64,000 bases of DNA from Longimicrobiales bacterium (GTDB lineage Bacteria > Gemmatimonadota > Gemmatimonadetes > Longimicrobiales > Gaopeijiaceae). Positions 8,855 through 17,835 of this stretch are shown piece by piece (the first letter of the stretch is position 1; each line of letters starts with the position of its first letter). Both the position numbers and the translations under genes were made by a program. The DNA lies in the NCBI GenBank assembly GCA_965249725.1, contig OZ252251.1, positions 160,001 to 224,000 of the forward strand, given 5' to 3'. The notes below the pieces were generated by a model, which made no database searches, had not been told where the DNA came from, and worked only from the letters and a program-made list of their open reading frames with translations.

Positions 8855-10229
8855 GCACCTGGCGGTGGACACCATCGCCGCGGTGGCGACCGCCCCGGGG
8901 TTGGGCGCAGTCGCGATGGTGAGGCTCTCGGGAAGCCGGGCCTTCGACATTCTCAGGGTGCTTACACCCGATCAGTCCGACCCGGGAACGCCCCGTACCG
9001 CGCGCCTCTTGGAGCTGCGAGATCCTGATTCGGGCGGGCTGCTGGATCGCGCACTGGTCACCACCTTCCCGGCACCCGACAGCTACACCGGCGAGGACGT
9101 CGTAGAGATCTCGAGTCACGGGGGATGGCTGGTGCCCGCTCTCGTGCTCGAGGCCTGCCAGACCGCCGGTGCGCGTGTCGCCGAGCCCGGGGAGTTCACG
9201 CGGCGGGCGGTCTTGCACGGCAAGATGGACTTGGTGCAGGCCGAGGCGGTGCTCGACCTCGTGGAGGGACACAGCCGTGCGCTCCACGACAGCGCGCTCT
9301 TCCAGTTGGATCGGGGGCTCAGTACGCGGATCGGGGCGCTGCGGGAGCAGGTGGTCGCCGTCGAGGCCCTCCTGGTCCATCACATCGACTTTCCCGAAGA
9401 GGACGAGGCGCCTGTTTCGTTGGAGCGCGTCGTTGAAGAGGCGAGGGTCCTACTCTCCGACCTGGACGCGCTGTTGAGTACGGCACCCGAGGGCGAGTTG
9501 CTCCGCGAGGGGGCGCTCACCGTTCTGGCGGGCCTGCCCAACTCCGGCAAGTCGAGTCTCTACAACGCGCTGCTCGGTCAGGATCGAGCGATCGTCACGG
9601 AGATTCCGGGCACCACCCGAGATGCTCTGGAGTCCGTCGTGTCGTTGGGTGGTTTCCCGTTTCGATTGGTCGACACGGCGGGCATCCGGGATACAAAAGA
9701 GACCGTGGAGCGCTTGGGCATCGAGGTGGCGAGGCGCTATCTCGATCGCGCGGACCTGGTGCTCTTCTGCGTGGAGAGCGGCCGCGCCCTGCTCCCTGAC
9801 GAGAGGGAATTCCTCGGGGACCTGGGAGACGTGCCGGTCGTGGTCCTTCGCACCAAGACCGATCTCGCGTCTGATAAGGGTGCCAACTCGGACGGCACCC
9901 CCCCCTCGGGCGAGAGCGTCGAGATCTCCGTGCTGGATGGAACTGGCCTGGCTCGCCTTCGACAGGTGCTTCCCACGCTCGTGTATCGGGGCTTCGTTCA
10001 GACCGGCGTCACCGTGCCCGCTCTGACCCGTGCGAGGCACCGGGAGGGAATCCGTGCGGCCCGGGACCATGTGGCCGGTTTCATCACGGCGCTGACGGAC
10101 GCGGTGCCGGCTGAGTTGGCATCGACGCATCTTCGACCTGCCCAGACGGCGCTGGAGGAGTTGCTCGGAGTGGTATCCCACGACGAGGTTCTGGACCGGG
10201 TGTTTCGTGACTTCTGTATCGGCAAATGA
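8847..10229 (+). CDS. mnmE: tRNA modification GTPase MnmE
   Basis: DTIAAVATAPG, SYTGEDVVEI, GLPNSGKSS, GTTRD, DTAG, C-terminal FCIGK. Confidence 0.97.
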   Translation: MTEHLAVDTIAAVATAPGLGAVAMVRLSGSRAFDILRVLTPDQSDPGTPRTARLLELRDPDSGGLLDRALVTTFPAPDSYTGEDVVEISSHGGWLVPALVLEACQTAGARVAEPGEFTRRAVLHGKMDLVQAEAVLDLVEGHSRALHDSALFQLDRGLSTRIGALREQVVAVEALLVHHIDFPEEDEAPVSLERVVEEARVLLSDLDALLSTAPEGELLREGALTVLAGLPNSGKSSLYNALLGQDRAIVTEIPGTTRDALESVVSLGGFPFRLVDTAGIRDTKETVERLGIEVARRYLDRADLVLFCVESGRALLPDEREFLGDLGDVPVVVLRTKTDLASDKGANSDGTPPSGESVEISVLDGTGLARLRQVLPTLVYRGFVQTGVTVPALTRARHREGIRAARDHVAGFITALTDAVPAELASTHLRPAQTALEELLGVVSHDEVLDRVFRDFCIGK

Positions 10230-10531
10230 TGACGGACGAGCACACAGCTCTGCAGTTGGGCTTCCGGATCGAGGGCCGTGTCCAGGGCGTCGGTTTCCGG
10301 TGGTGGACACGCCGGATGGCGACCGAACTCGGGCTTCGGGGTGTGGTCCTGAACCGCAGGGACGGAAGCGTGGAGGTGCATGCCGTGGGCGACATCGATT
10401 CGGTCGAGCGGCTCGAGGCCTACTTGGTGGACGGACCCCCCGGGTCCCGAGTCGACCGAGTGGCACGGGTGGCGTCGGACCGGTCCCTGCCGGACGACTT
10501 CGAGATCGTCTCGGGCTCAAGGCTCTTCTGA
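10226..10531 (+). CDS. acyP: Acylphosphatase
   Basis: GRVQGVGFR and NRRDGSVE motifs. Confidence 0.92.
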   Translation: MMTDEHTALQLGFRIEGRVQGVGFRWWTRRMATELGLRGVVLNRRDGSVEVHAVGDIDSVERLEAYLVDGPPGSRVDRVARVASDRSLPDDFEIVSGSRLF

Positions 10532-10550
10532 TGATCGTAGTGTGGTGCCG

Positions 10551-12509
10551 ATGAGCGGCGAACGCTACGACGTGATCGTCGTTGGTGGAGGTCACGCCGG
10601 GTCAGAAGCGGCGGCCGCTGCGGCCCGAATCGGCGCTCGGACCCTGCTGATCACGCCCGACCTCTCCCGGGTCGGACAGATGAGCTGCAATCCGGCGATT
10701 GGTGGGATCGCAAAGGGCGTGGTGGCGAGGGAGGTAGACGCGTTGGGTGGCGTCATGGGACGTGCCACCGATGCCTCGCGGATCCAGTTCCGAATGCTCA
10801 ACCGACGAAAGGGACCCGCCGTTTGGGGCCCGCGTGCCCAGTGCGATAGAGGTCTCTACCCGAGGGCCGTGCGGCGAGTGCTGGACGCGCTTCCGAACCT
10901 GGCGCTCTTCCAGGAGATGGTGACCGGGCTGCTCATCGAGGGGGACCGGGCAAAGGGAGTGCGCACGCGTGGGGGTTTGGACTTCCGGGCGGAGAGGGTG
11001 GTGGTGACCGCCGGCACCTTCCTACGCGGCCGAATTCACATTGGTGGTGAGGCCGGACTGGGGGCGGGTCGCGCGGGTGAAGCTCCTTCCATAGCGCTGG
11101 CCGAAGAACTGGAGGCTCGGGGCCTGGAGATCGCCCGTTTCAAGACGGGCACGCCCCCGCGCATCGACGGCCGAACCGTGGACTACTCCCGGGTCGAGAG
11201 GCAGGACGGCGATCCGGAGGACTTCCGGTTTTCCGCGTATGCCGAAGAGAGTGTCCCCGACCAGCGTCCATGTTGGATCACATGGACCGGAGAGGACCTG
11301 AGTAGGGTGGTCCAGGACAACCTGGAGCGCAGCGCGCTGTTCGGCGGTGAAATTTCCGGAAGGGGACCCCGATACTGCCCTTCCATCGAAGACAAGATCG
11401 TTCGCTTCCCGGACTCTCCCCGACATCAGGTGTTCTTGGAACCCGAGGGACTGGAGACGACGGAGCTCTATGTGAACGGGCTGTCGACGTCTCTACCGCC
11501 CGAGGTGCAGGTCGACTTCCTCAGAACCGTCCCGGGTCTCGAACGTGTCGAGGTCACGAAGGTCGGATACGCTATCGAGTACGACTACTTCCCGCCCCAC
11601 CAGCTCCGTCATACGCTCGAGGTGCGCGAAGTCCCAGGCCTCTACTTCGCCGGACAGATCAACGGAACGACCGGATACGAAGAAGCCGCCGGTCAGGGAT
11701 TGATCGCCGGGGCGAACGCCGGACTGAGCGCGCTCGGCAGGGCTCCGCTCATCCTGGAGAGGGACCAGGCGTACATCGGGGTGCTTATCGACGACCTGAT
11801 CACCAAGGGTGTGGACGAACCCTACCGGTTGTTCACGTCACGGGCCGAGTTCAGGCTCATGCTCCGACAGGACAATGCGGCGCGTCGGCTGGGGCCGCTC
11901 GCGCGGGATGTCGGTCTCTTGACGACGGATCAAGAGGCAGCATTGGACCGTCGTGTGGAGCGAGAAGACGGCATCCGACAGTGGTTCGTCGAGACCGTGG
12001 TGAAGCCGTCGGAGGTGAATCCGCTGCTGGCACACGTCGACACGCCTCCGATCGAGCAGTCGGTGCGAGCGGCCGAACTGCTCAAGCGGCCGCAGGTTCC
12101 GGCGAGCGGCCTGGCCGTGGCCGGAGGCGCTCCGTTCGATCCCGCCCTGGAGGTAGATGCCGTGGCGGCGGTCGAGGTGGAGCTCAAGTACGAAGGGTAT
12201 GTGCGACGCGAGGCCGAGCGCGCGGAGAGGCTACGGGAACAGGCGGACTTCGTTTTGGCGGACGACCTCCCGTACGCCGATTTCGTGAACGTGTCGTCCG
12301 AGGCGAGAGAAAAGCTCGCCCGGATCCGGCCCGAGTCCTTGGCGCAGGCGGCACGGATACCGGGTGTGTCTCCGTCGGACCTGCAGAACCTGATCCTCGA
12401 GGTTCGACGATGGCGGAGTCGGCGTGTGCTGGAGGTGACCGGCGAGGTGACCGGCGAGGTGACCGGCGAGGTGACCGGCGAGGCGACCGGTGAGGTGACC
12501 GGCGATTGA
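10551..12509 (+). CDS. mnmG: tRNA uridine-5-carboxymethylaminomethyl modification enzyme MnmG
   Basis: VVGGGHAG, MSCNPAIGG, KTGTPPR, GPRYCPSIEDK, AGQINGTTGYEEAA; start set at MSGERYD. Confidence 0.97.
   Translation: MSGERYDVIVVGGGHAGSEAAAAAARIGARTLLITPDLSRVGQMSCNPAIGGIAKGVVAREVDALGGVMGRATDASRIQFRMLNRRKGPAVWGPRAQCDRGLYPRAVRRVLDALPNLALFQEMVTGLLIEGDRAKGVRTRGGLDFRAERVVVTAGTFLRGRIHIGGEAGLGAGRAGEAPSIALAEELEARGLEIARFKTGTPPRIDGRTVDYSRVERQDGDPEDFRFSAYAEESVPDQRPCWITWTGEDLSRVVQDNLERSALFGGEISGRGPRYCPSIEDKIVRFPDSPRHQVFLEPEGLETTELYVNGLSTSLPPEVQVDFLRTVPGLERVEVTKVGYAIEYDYFPPHQLRHTLEVREVPGLYFAGQINGTTGYEEAAGQGLIAGANAGLSALGRAPLILERDQAYIGVLIDDLITKGVDEPYRLFTSRAEFRLMLRQDNAARRLGPLARDVGLLTTDQEAALDRRVEREDGIRQWFVETVVKPSEVNPLLAHVDTPPIEQSVRAAELLKRPQVPASGLAVAGGAPFDPALEVDAVAAVEVELKYEGYVRREAERAERLREQADFVLADDLPYADFVNVSSEAREKLARIRPESLAQAARIPGVSPSDLQNLILEVRRWRSRRVLEVTGEVTGEVTGEVTGEATGEVTGD
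12432..12503 (+). repeat. 12-bp tandem repeat GAGGTGACCGGC x6 encoding (EVTG)n at the MnmG C-terminus
   Basis: Read directly. Confidence 0.95.
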
Positions 12510-12522
12510 GGGTTGGCTTGCC

Positions 12523-13611
12523 TCAGTCCCTCGATGAACTCGACTCATCCAGAACGGTGTTGGCGAGCGCCCGCGCCACCGGCGCAGCCTTCGCGAGTCG
12601 TTCACCATCTATCTCCTGGCCCGGTGTCTGATTGGTCAACACGACCACGCAGATCTCCTCGGTGGGAATCCGTAGGATGAACGCGTTGAAGCCCGGTAGT
12701 CCCCCGCCGTGGGCGAGCGTGCGGTGGCCGCGTAGCTGCCCGATCCGCCAGCCGTAGCCGTACGACTCCCTCTCGGGCCGGTACAGGGCTGCATAGGCGG
12801 CCTCCGATACGAAGGAGTGGGACGAGAGTGCGACATCCCATCGGGCCAGGTCCTCGGCCGTCGAGTAGAGGTTTCCGCCGCCGGTGAGGATGGCCAGGAA
12901 GATGTCTGATGCGTTCTCGATCGTCCCATCCTCACTTCGGACGTAGCCTGACGCACGATCACGCAGAAGCGGCCCGGGGACGTCGGCCCCCGAATCGCGC
13001 ATGCCGCTTGGCGTGAAGATCTCGGCGTCGAGAAAGGCCTCGTAGGGCTGTCCTGAAACCTCCTCGACGACCTTGGCGAGCAGGAAATACCCGACCCCGC
13101 TGTACCGGTAGTCGGTCCCGGGCGCGAAGACGAGCGGCTGCTCGAAGAACCGCTCTAACGTTTCGTCCAGGGTGGTCGGCACCGCCATCGTCTCCGCGAA
13201 ACCGGGCAGCGCCCACGAGTGCATGATGCCGGATGTGTGCGTGAGAAGCTGATGGAGGGTCAGCGCCTGCCATGATTCGGGGACGCTCTGGAGGTGATCC
13301 CCCACGCGATCCTGGACCCGGAGCCGTCCTCGATCTTGCAGAATCATGATCGCCATCGAGGTGAACTGCTTGGTGATGGATCCGATCCGGAACTTCGTGC
13401 CGGGCGCGTTAGGCACACCCAGCTCGAGGTTGGCCATCCCGTATCCTGCAGACAGCACGGTCTCACCGGCCCTGGTGACGATGATCGAGCCGCTGAGGTC
13501 GGCCTCCTTTGCCACCTCGTCGAGCCGGTCCGCGAGCGGCTGGGCCTCCACCCCCGCGCCCGTGAGTGCGAGCGCCAGGAGTGTAAGGCAGGTCGGGATG
13601 TCGCGTGCCAT
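12523..13611 (-). CDS. Secreted serine hydrolase, beta-lactamase class C/AmpC-like family
   Basis: Signal peptide (VEA-Q), FRIGSITKQF (SxxK), LLTHTSG, YSG, HGG. Confidence 0.9.
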   Translation of the reverse strand: MARDIPTCLTLLALALTGAGVEAQPLADRLDEVAKEADLSGSIIVTRAGETVLSAGYGMANLELGVPNAPGTKFRIGSITKQFTSMAIMILQDRGRLRVQDRVGDHLQSVPESWQALTLHQLLTHTSGIMHSWALPGFAETMAVPTTLDETLERFFEQPLVFAPGTDYRYSGVGYFLLAKVVEEVSGQPYEAFLDAEIFTPSGMRDSGADVPGPLLRDRASGYVRSEDGTIENASDIFLAILTGGGNLYSTAEDLARWDVALSSHSFVSEAAYAALYRPERESYGYGWRIGQLRGHRTLAHGGGLPGFNAFILRIPTEEICVVVLTNQTPGQEIDGERLAKAAPVARALANTVLDESSSSRD

Positions 13612-13629
13612 GGTGTCTCCGTGTTGGAC

Positions 13630-14865
13630 TTACCGAACCTCAAACGTGATGGGAATCTGCACCCAGACCTTCACGGGTTCGTCCTTGTTGAGTGCCCCGG
13701 TAAACCTATACACGCGGGCGACCTCCAGGGCGGCATCGTCGAGGGCGTCGCGCCCACTGGTCCGAGACAGGCGGCTCTCGATGGTCCTCCCCGTTTCGTC
13801 GATGTGGAACCAAACCAAGGTCTGTCCACCAACCCCCGCATCCCGGAGTACCTGGGGATACGCTCCCATCATGGCCTGAATCACCTCACGGCGATTGGTG
13901 ATTTCGGGCCGGACCGTCATAGGCGTGAAGTAGGGTCCGTCCTGGGCGACAACGGAGGCCTGTGGCGGCGTGGTCGGTAGCTGTTCCATCTGACAAGCGG
14001 TCACGACCAACAAACCCGCGAGGAAGGTCATGCCGAGGGCTCGGCCGTAGTGGGGATCTGGGTTGTCTGTCATGGCTCGAATCCTCCTTTCGAGGAATGG
14101 TGCGGGGCGTGCGAACGCCAAAACGCCGGCCGGGGAGGTCATCCTTCGGGCACCGATCTCGACCAGAAGGCTTGCGTACGGCCTCACCTCTGACGAACGG
14201 CGAAGGACTCTATGGTCGCAGTCGATTTCGATAGCCAACCGAAGCCTACGGACCATCCACCACATGGGAACGCACCAAGGGAGCATGACCAGCAGCCAGA
14301 GGGCTGATGACGTTAACCACACATCACCCGCAGCTCGGTGCTCCGATTCGTGCTGGAGCATGAGTTCCTGCTCGGGCGCGGGCATCTCGAGTGCCCATGA
14401 AGGCATGACGATGGCCGATCTGACGAGTCCAACGACTCCGGGCCCAAAATTCTCCGCCAGGAGGATGTCTCGGTCTCCGAGCTTCATCCGAGTCCAGGTG
14501 GAGCGCTCGGATGAAAGGCCGACATGGGCGCAGAGGAGCACCAGGCCCACCACGAGAGACAGAGTTCCCCAGACTGCGGCGGCGTAGGGGTCGAGGCCGG
14601 CAGGAAGGACAAAGCTGGAGGTCAACTCTGTGAGCGACGCCGCAACAGGACCGCCAGCGGCGTCCGGACCGACGACGTCTACAGGCGTAGACGAGCCTCC
14701 AGGCCAAGGGAATACCAGCAGGGTGAACCCCAGCGATGTGGCGAGGGCCGCTGCCCAGATCCAGCGGGTGAAAAAGAGGAGTCCGCGCACTGCCCGTTCG
14801 CACGTGAAGGCTGCGAGGGCGAGGAGGAGCGTCACCGCAGTCACGTAGATCATCAGGCTCAACAT
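13630..14865 (-). CDS. BlaR1/M56 family metallopeptidase fused to a TonB C-terminal domain
   Basis: N-terminal TMs, HESEH (HExxH), EIDCD, FLERRI; C-terminal YPQVLRDAGVGG..IDETG..SGRDALDDAAL..VWVQIPITF. Confidence 0.9.
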   Translation of the reverse strand: MLSLMIYVTAVTLLLALAAFTCERAVRGLLFFTRWIWAAALATSLGFTLLVFPWPGGSSTPVDVVGPDAAGGPVAASLTELTSSFVLPAGLDPYAAAVWGTLSLVVGLVLLCAHVGLSSERSTWTRMKLGDRDILLAENFGPGVVGLVRSAIVMPSWALEMPAPEQELMLQHESEHRAAGDVWLTSSALWLLVMLPWCVPMWWMVRRLRLAIEIDCDHRVLRRSSEVRPYASLLVEIGARRMTSPAGVLAFARPAPFLERRIRAMTDNPDPHYGRALGMTFLAGLLVVTACQMEQLPTTPPQASVVAQDGPYFTPMTVRPEITNRREVIQAMMGAYPQVLRDAGVGGQTLVWFHIDETGRTIESRLSRTSGRDALDDAALEVARVYRFTGALNKDEPVKVWVQIPITFEVR

Positions 14866-14867
14866 CG

Positions 14868-15257
14868 TCAGTCCTCCTCTTCCGTTGGATCATCGCCCAG
14901 TCGTTCGTCTACGAGCTGGCGAATGCGCCGGAGCTGCTCTTCATCCATGCGCCGGTCGGAGACGAGCTCTACGAGAAGAAGCTCGGGCGAACCCTTGAAT
15001 ATCTTCTTGAGCAGACGGCCGAGTTCGCGTCCCCCGGCGGTCTGCCAGTCCACAGTAGGGTGGTAGCGGTAGGCGCGGCCCTCCGCCTCGTGTCGGACGT
15101 AGCCCTTCTCTTCCAGCGTCTGAAGGGCGGATAGGACCGTCGTGTATGCGAGCGAGTCCACCATACGCTCTCTGACTTCGGCGACCGTCGCCGAGCCCAG
15201 GTCCCAGAGGATAGACATCACGTCCAACTCGCGAGGGGTAAACGACTCTGGCGGCAC
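14868..15257 (-). CDS. BlaI/MecI/CopY family transcriptional repressor
   Basis: RELDVMSILW, LAYTTVLSAL..LEEKGYV..GRAYRY; AAGGAG RBS before GTG. Confidence 0.93.
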   Translation of the reverse strand: MPPESFTPRELDVMSILWDLGSATVAEVRERMVDSLAYTTVLSALQTLEEKGYVRHEAEGRAYRYHPTVDWQTAGGRELGRLLKKIFKGSPELLLVELVSDRRMDEEQLRRIRQLVDERLGDDPTEEED

Positions 15258-15271
15258 TGGTTCTCCTTGTT

Positions 15272-15332
15272 TACGGGAATTCCCGTAGCAATATTGGTGT
15301 CGGCCGCATGGTTGTCAACGGGGAAACCCGTA
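15272..15332 (-). promoter_or_regulatory. blaI promoter with two candidate BlaI operators
   Basis: Perfect palindrome TACGGGAATTCCCGTA 15272-15287, imperfect copy AACGGGGAAACCCGTA 15317-15332, minus-strand TTGACA-N17-AATATT between them. Confidence 0.7.
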
Positions 15333-15389
15333 GATGGGACTTGCGGCCCACGAACTCGAGGCGGCGGCGTAACACGGGCAGATCCGGCC

Positions 15390-15405
15390 TGTTCCACGTG
15401 AAACA
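15390..15405. promoter_or_regulatory. parS site 1
   Basis: TGTTCCACGTGAAACA matches the parS consensus TGTTNCACGTGAAACA. Confidence 0.92.
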
Positions 15406-15414
15406 CCCGCATTC

Positions 15415-15430
15415 TGTTTCACGTGGAACA
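15415..15430. promoter_or_regulatory. parS site 2 (inverted copy)
   Basis: TGTTTCACGTGGAACA is the exact reverse complement of site 1. Confidence 0.92.
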
Positions 15431-15456
15431 GCAAGCAACTACGGGTAAGTGGGGTC

Positions 15457-15936
15457 CTACCGGGGCACCAACACGGTTCGAAGGGTCGCCGCCTCGGTCG
15501 TGCCGTCGAGATTGAAGTCGAAGTTTGTGCCTCCGGAGAAGATCACGGAGTTGCCTTCCCGCTCCCAAGCAGCTCGGGACTCACCCGACGTGGGGAGCTC
15601 CCGGTTGAACACGATCTCCGATCCTTCGACCGTAAGCATCCCGGACTCACTCGATGATTGGCCGTATCCCGAGAGAATGGCGGTGTATCGGCCCGACGGC
15701 TGCACGTTCAGGGTGAACGCGGCATTGAGGGGGGGTGCGACGATGTCGGGCGAGACCTCGGGGTTGATCAGGCTTGTGACCACCATGGATTCGGCGATCC
15801 AATTCCCGACCATGAAATCCGGGCCGAACTGAGGGCTTACCAGGTTGCTGGTGTCACCGCCACCGCCGCATCCCAACGCGAGAAAAGCCAGCCACAAAGC
15901 GGTTGATCGGGCAGCGGCACGACAGTTGCGGATCAT
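15457..15936 (-). CDS. Hypothetical lipoprotein (lipocalin-like beta fold possible)
   Basis: Lipobox LALG-C; MVGNW motif similar to the lipocalin GxW; start uncertain (15936 or 15945). Confidence 0.65.
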   Translation of the reverse strand: MIRNCRAAARSTALWLAFLALGCGGGGDTSNLVSPQFGPDFMVGNWIAESMVVTSLINPEVSPDIVAPPLNAAFTLNVQPSGRYTAILSGYGQSSSESGMLTVEGSEIVFNRELPTSGESRAAWEREGNSVIFSGGTNFDFNLDGTTEAATLRTVLVPR

Positions 15937-16119
15937 GTCAGACACTCAGCCTCATAGCGAATCTCAGGGAGGAGACTGCCCATGTCTCGGGCCCCTCAAG
16001 GCCCTGAATCTATCATCCGTCGGGCGCCTGCGGAACCAGTGCAGCCTTGCTTTACCGTGTGTCTCGCAGGCCGTATATTCCCGACCTCACCGAAGGATTC
16101 ACATCCCAACGGTCCGTGC

Positions 16120-16899
16120 ATGTCACGCGTCATCGCAATCGCCAACCAAAAAGGCGGGGTCGGTAAGACCACCACCGCAATCAACCTCGGCGCCTCGCTG
16201 GCCGTAGCCGAGTGTCGTACGCTGGTCATCGACATGGATCCCCAGGGAAATGCCAGTAGCGGCCTAGGTATTTCGGCCGGTCCAGACCTCCTCACGATCT
16301 ATGACGTCCTCATCGGCGGACGCGAGGCTGAGGAGGCCATTATCAAGTCGGTGCAGTTCCCTTTCTTGGATCTGATGCCGAGCACGCGCGATTTGGTGGG
16401 GGCGGAAATCGAGCTCGTGGGAGCTCTGAGTCGGGAGACCATCCTCCGACGAGCCTTGGAGTCGATTCGCGAGGAGTATGACTACATCCTCGTGGATTGC
16501 CCCCCTTCCCTGGGCTTGTTGACGCTCAATACGTTGACGGCGGCGGATTCCGTGTTGATCCCGATACAATGCGAATTCTACGCTCTCGAGGGCCTGAGTC
16601 AGCTTCTGAACACCGTGCGGCTCGTTCAGCGGGCCCTGAATCCCGCTCTCGAGATCGAAGGTGTTCTTCTCACGATGTTCGATCGCCGCCTGAATCTGTC
16701 CCGCCAGGTCGCCGCCGAGGCCCGTGAGTATTTCCAGGATCGTGTGTATCGCACTGCCATCCCCCGTAACGTCCGATTGGCCGAGGCCCCGTCGTTCGGT
16801 CAGCCCATCGTGCAGTACGACGTGCTGTCACAAGGAGCCCAGAGCTATCTGGCTCTCGCGAAAGAGCTCCTGGTCGGGCGCGGGCCGGCAGCGGCGTAG
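16120..16899 (+). CDS. parA: Chromosome partitioning ATPase ParA/Soj
   Basis: MSRVIAIANQKGGVGKTTT, DMDPQGNA, DCPPSLG, IPRNVRLAEAPSFG. Confidence 0.97.
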   Translation: MSRVIAIANQKGGVGKTTTAINLGASLAVAECRTLVIDMDPQGNASSGLGISAGPDLLTIYDVLIGGREAEEAIIKSVQFPFLDLMPSTRDLVGAEIELVGALSRETILRRALESIREEYDYILVDCPPSLGLLTLNTLTAADSVLIPIQCEFYALEGLSQLLNTVRLVQRALNPALEIEGVLLTMFDRRLNLSRQVAAEAREYFQDRVYRTAIPRNVRLAEAPSFGQPIVQYDVLSQGAQSYLALAKELLVGRGPAAA

Positions 16900-16938
16900 A
16901 GTCGTGTCAGTCGTTCATCCATTGGAGGCCCAAGGCCA

Positions 16939-17835
16939 GTGACTCCCCCCGTGAAGAAGGACCGGTTGGGCAAAGGCCTCGGGGCCCTGCTCGGCGACTA
17001 CATGGATCCTGCGGTCACCGGTGCCGAGGCGCCTCGCTTGCCTGTGTCGGCCATCGTCCCCAATCCCAAGCAGCCCCGGCGGACGTTCTCCGACAGCGAT
17101 CTCGAGGACCTGGCGCGATCCATCGACGAGAACGGGCTTCTCCAGCCTCTGTTGGTCCGCCCTGCCCCGGGCATACCGGATCGGTACGAACTGGTCGCCG
17201 GTGAGCGCCGTCTTCGCGCAGTTCGGAGCTTGGGCTGGGACGATGTGCCTGCTCTCACGCGCCAGGTCGATGATGACACGCTCCTGGTGTTGGCGCTCGT
17301 CGAGAACCTCCAGCGCGAGGCCCTGAACCCCATCGAAGAGGCCGAGGGCTACCAGGCATTGGAGGCGCAACACGGTTTGAACCACGGTGCGATCGCCAAG
17401 TCCGTCGGGAAGAGCCGATCGACCGTGGCGAACATGCTCCGCCTGCTCCAACTCCCCGTATCCGTGCGCAAGTTGGTGGAGAAAGGGGATCTGGCCACCG
17501 GTCACGCCCGCGCGTTGCTGGCCGTCAGCGACCCCATCCAATTGGCTGAGCTCGCTCGCCGGACCGTCGAATCGGGCTGGTCGGTGCGAGAGGTGGAGCG
17601 GCGTGTGCGGAGGGGTCCGCCGAAGAAGAAATCCGGACCTCGGTCCACCGAGGCGCGGGATCCCGTAGTTCGGGCGCTCGAGGAGGAGCTTCGCTCGGCC
17701 CTGGCCACGAAGGCTCATGTCCGACAGGGTTCGGCGGGAACGGGGGTCATCGAGATTCCGTACCGGAATGCAGAGGACTTCGAGCGTGTCTTCGAGGTCA
17801 TTACCGGGCGTGACGCGTCCGAGGTTGTGTCTTGA
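16939..17835 (+). CDS. parB: Chromosome partitioning protein ParB/Spo0J
   Basis: LGKGLGALL, NPKQPRRTF, GLLQP, AGERRLRA, ENLQRE, HTH. Confidence 0.97.
   Translation: MTPPVKKDRLGKGLGALLGDYMDPAVTGAEAPRLPVSAIVPNPKQPRRTFSDSDLEDLARSIDENGLLQPLLVRPAPGIPDRYELVAGERRLRAVRSLGWDDVPALTRQVDDDTLLVLALVENLQREALNPIEEAEGYQALEAQHGLNHGAIAKSVGKSRSTVANMLRLLQLPVSVRKLVEKGDLATGHARALLAVSDPIQLAELARRTVESGWSVREVERRVRRGPPKKKSGPRSTEARDPVVRALEEELRSALATKAHVRQGSAGTGVIEIPYRNAEDFERVFEVITGRDASEVVS

Noticed and set aside
12523..15257. A bona fide beta-lactam resistance cassette or mobile island
   Set aside because: The sensor lacks a penicillin-binding domain, the hydrolase has YSG/HGG rather than class C YxN/KTG, and no integrase, IS or flanking direct repeats are visible
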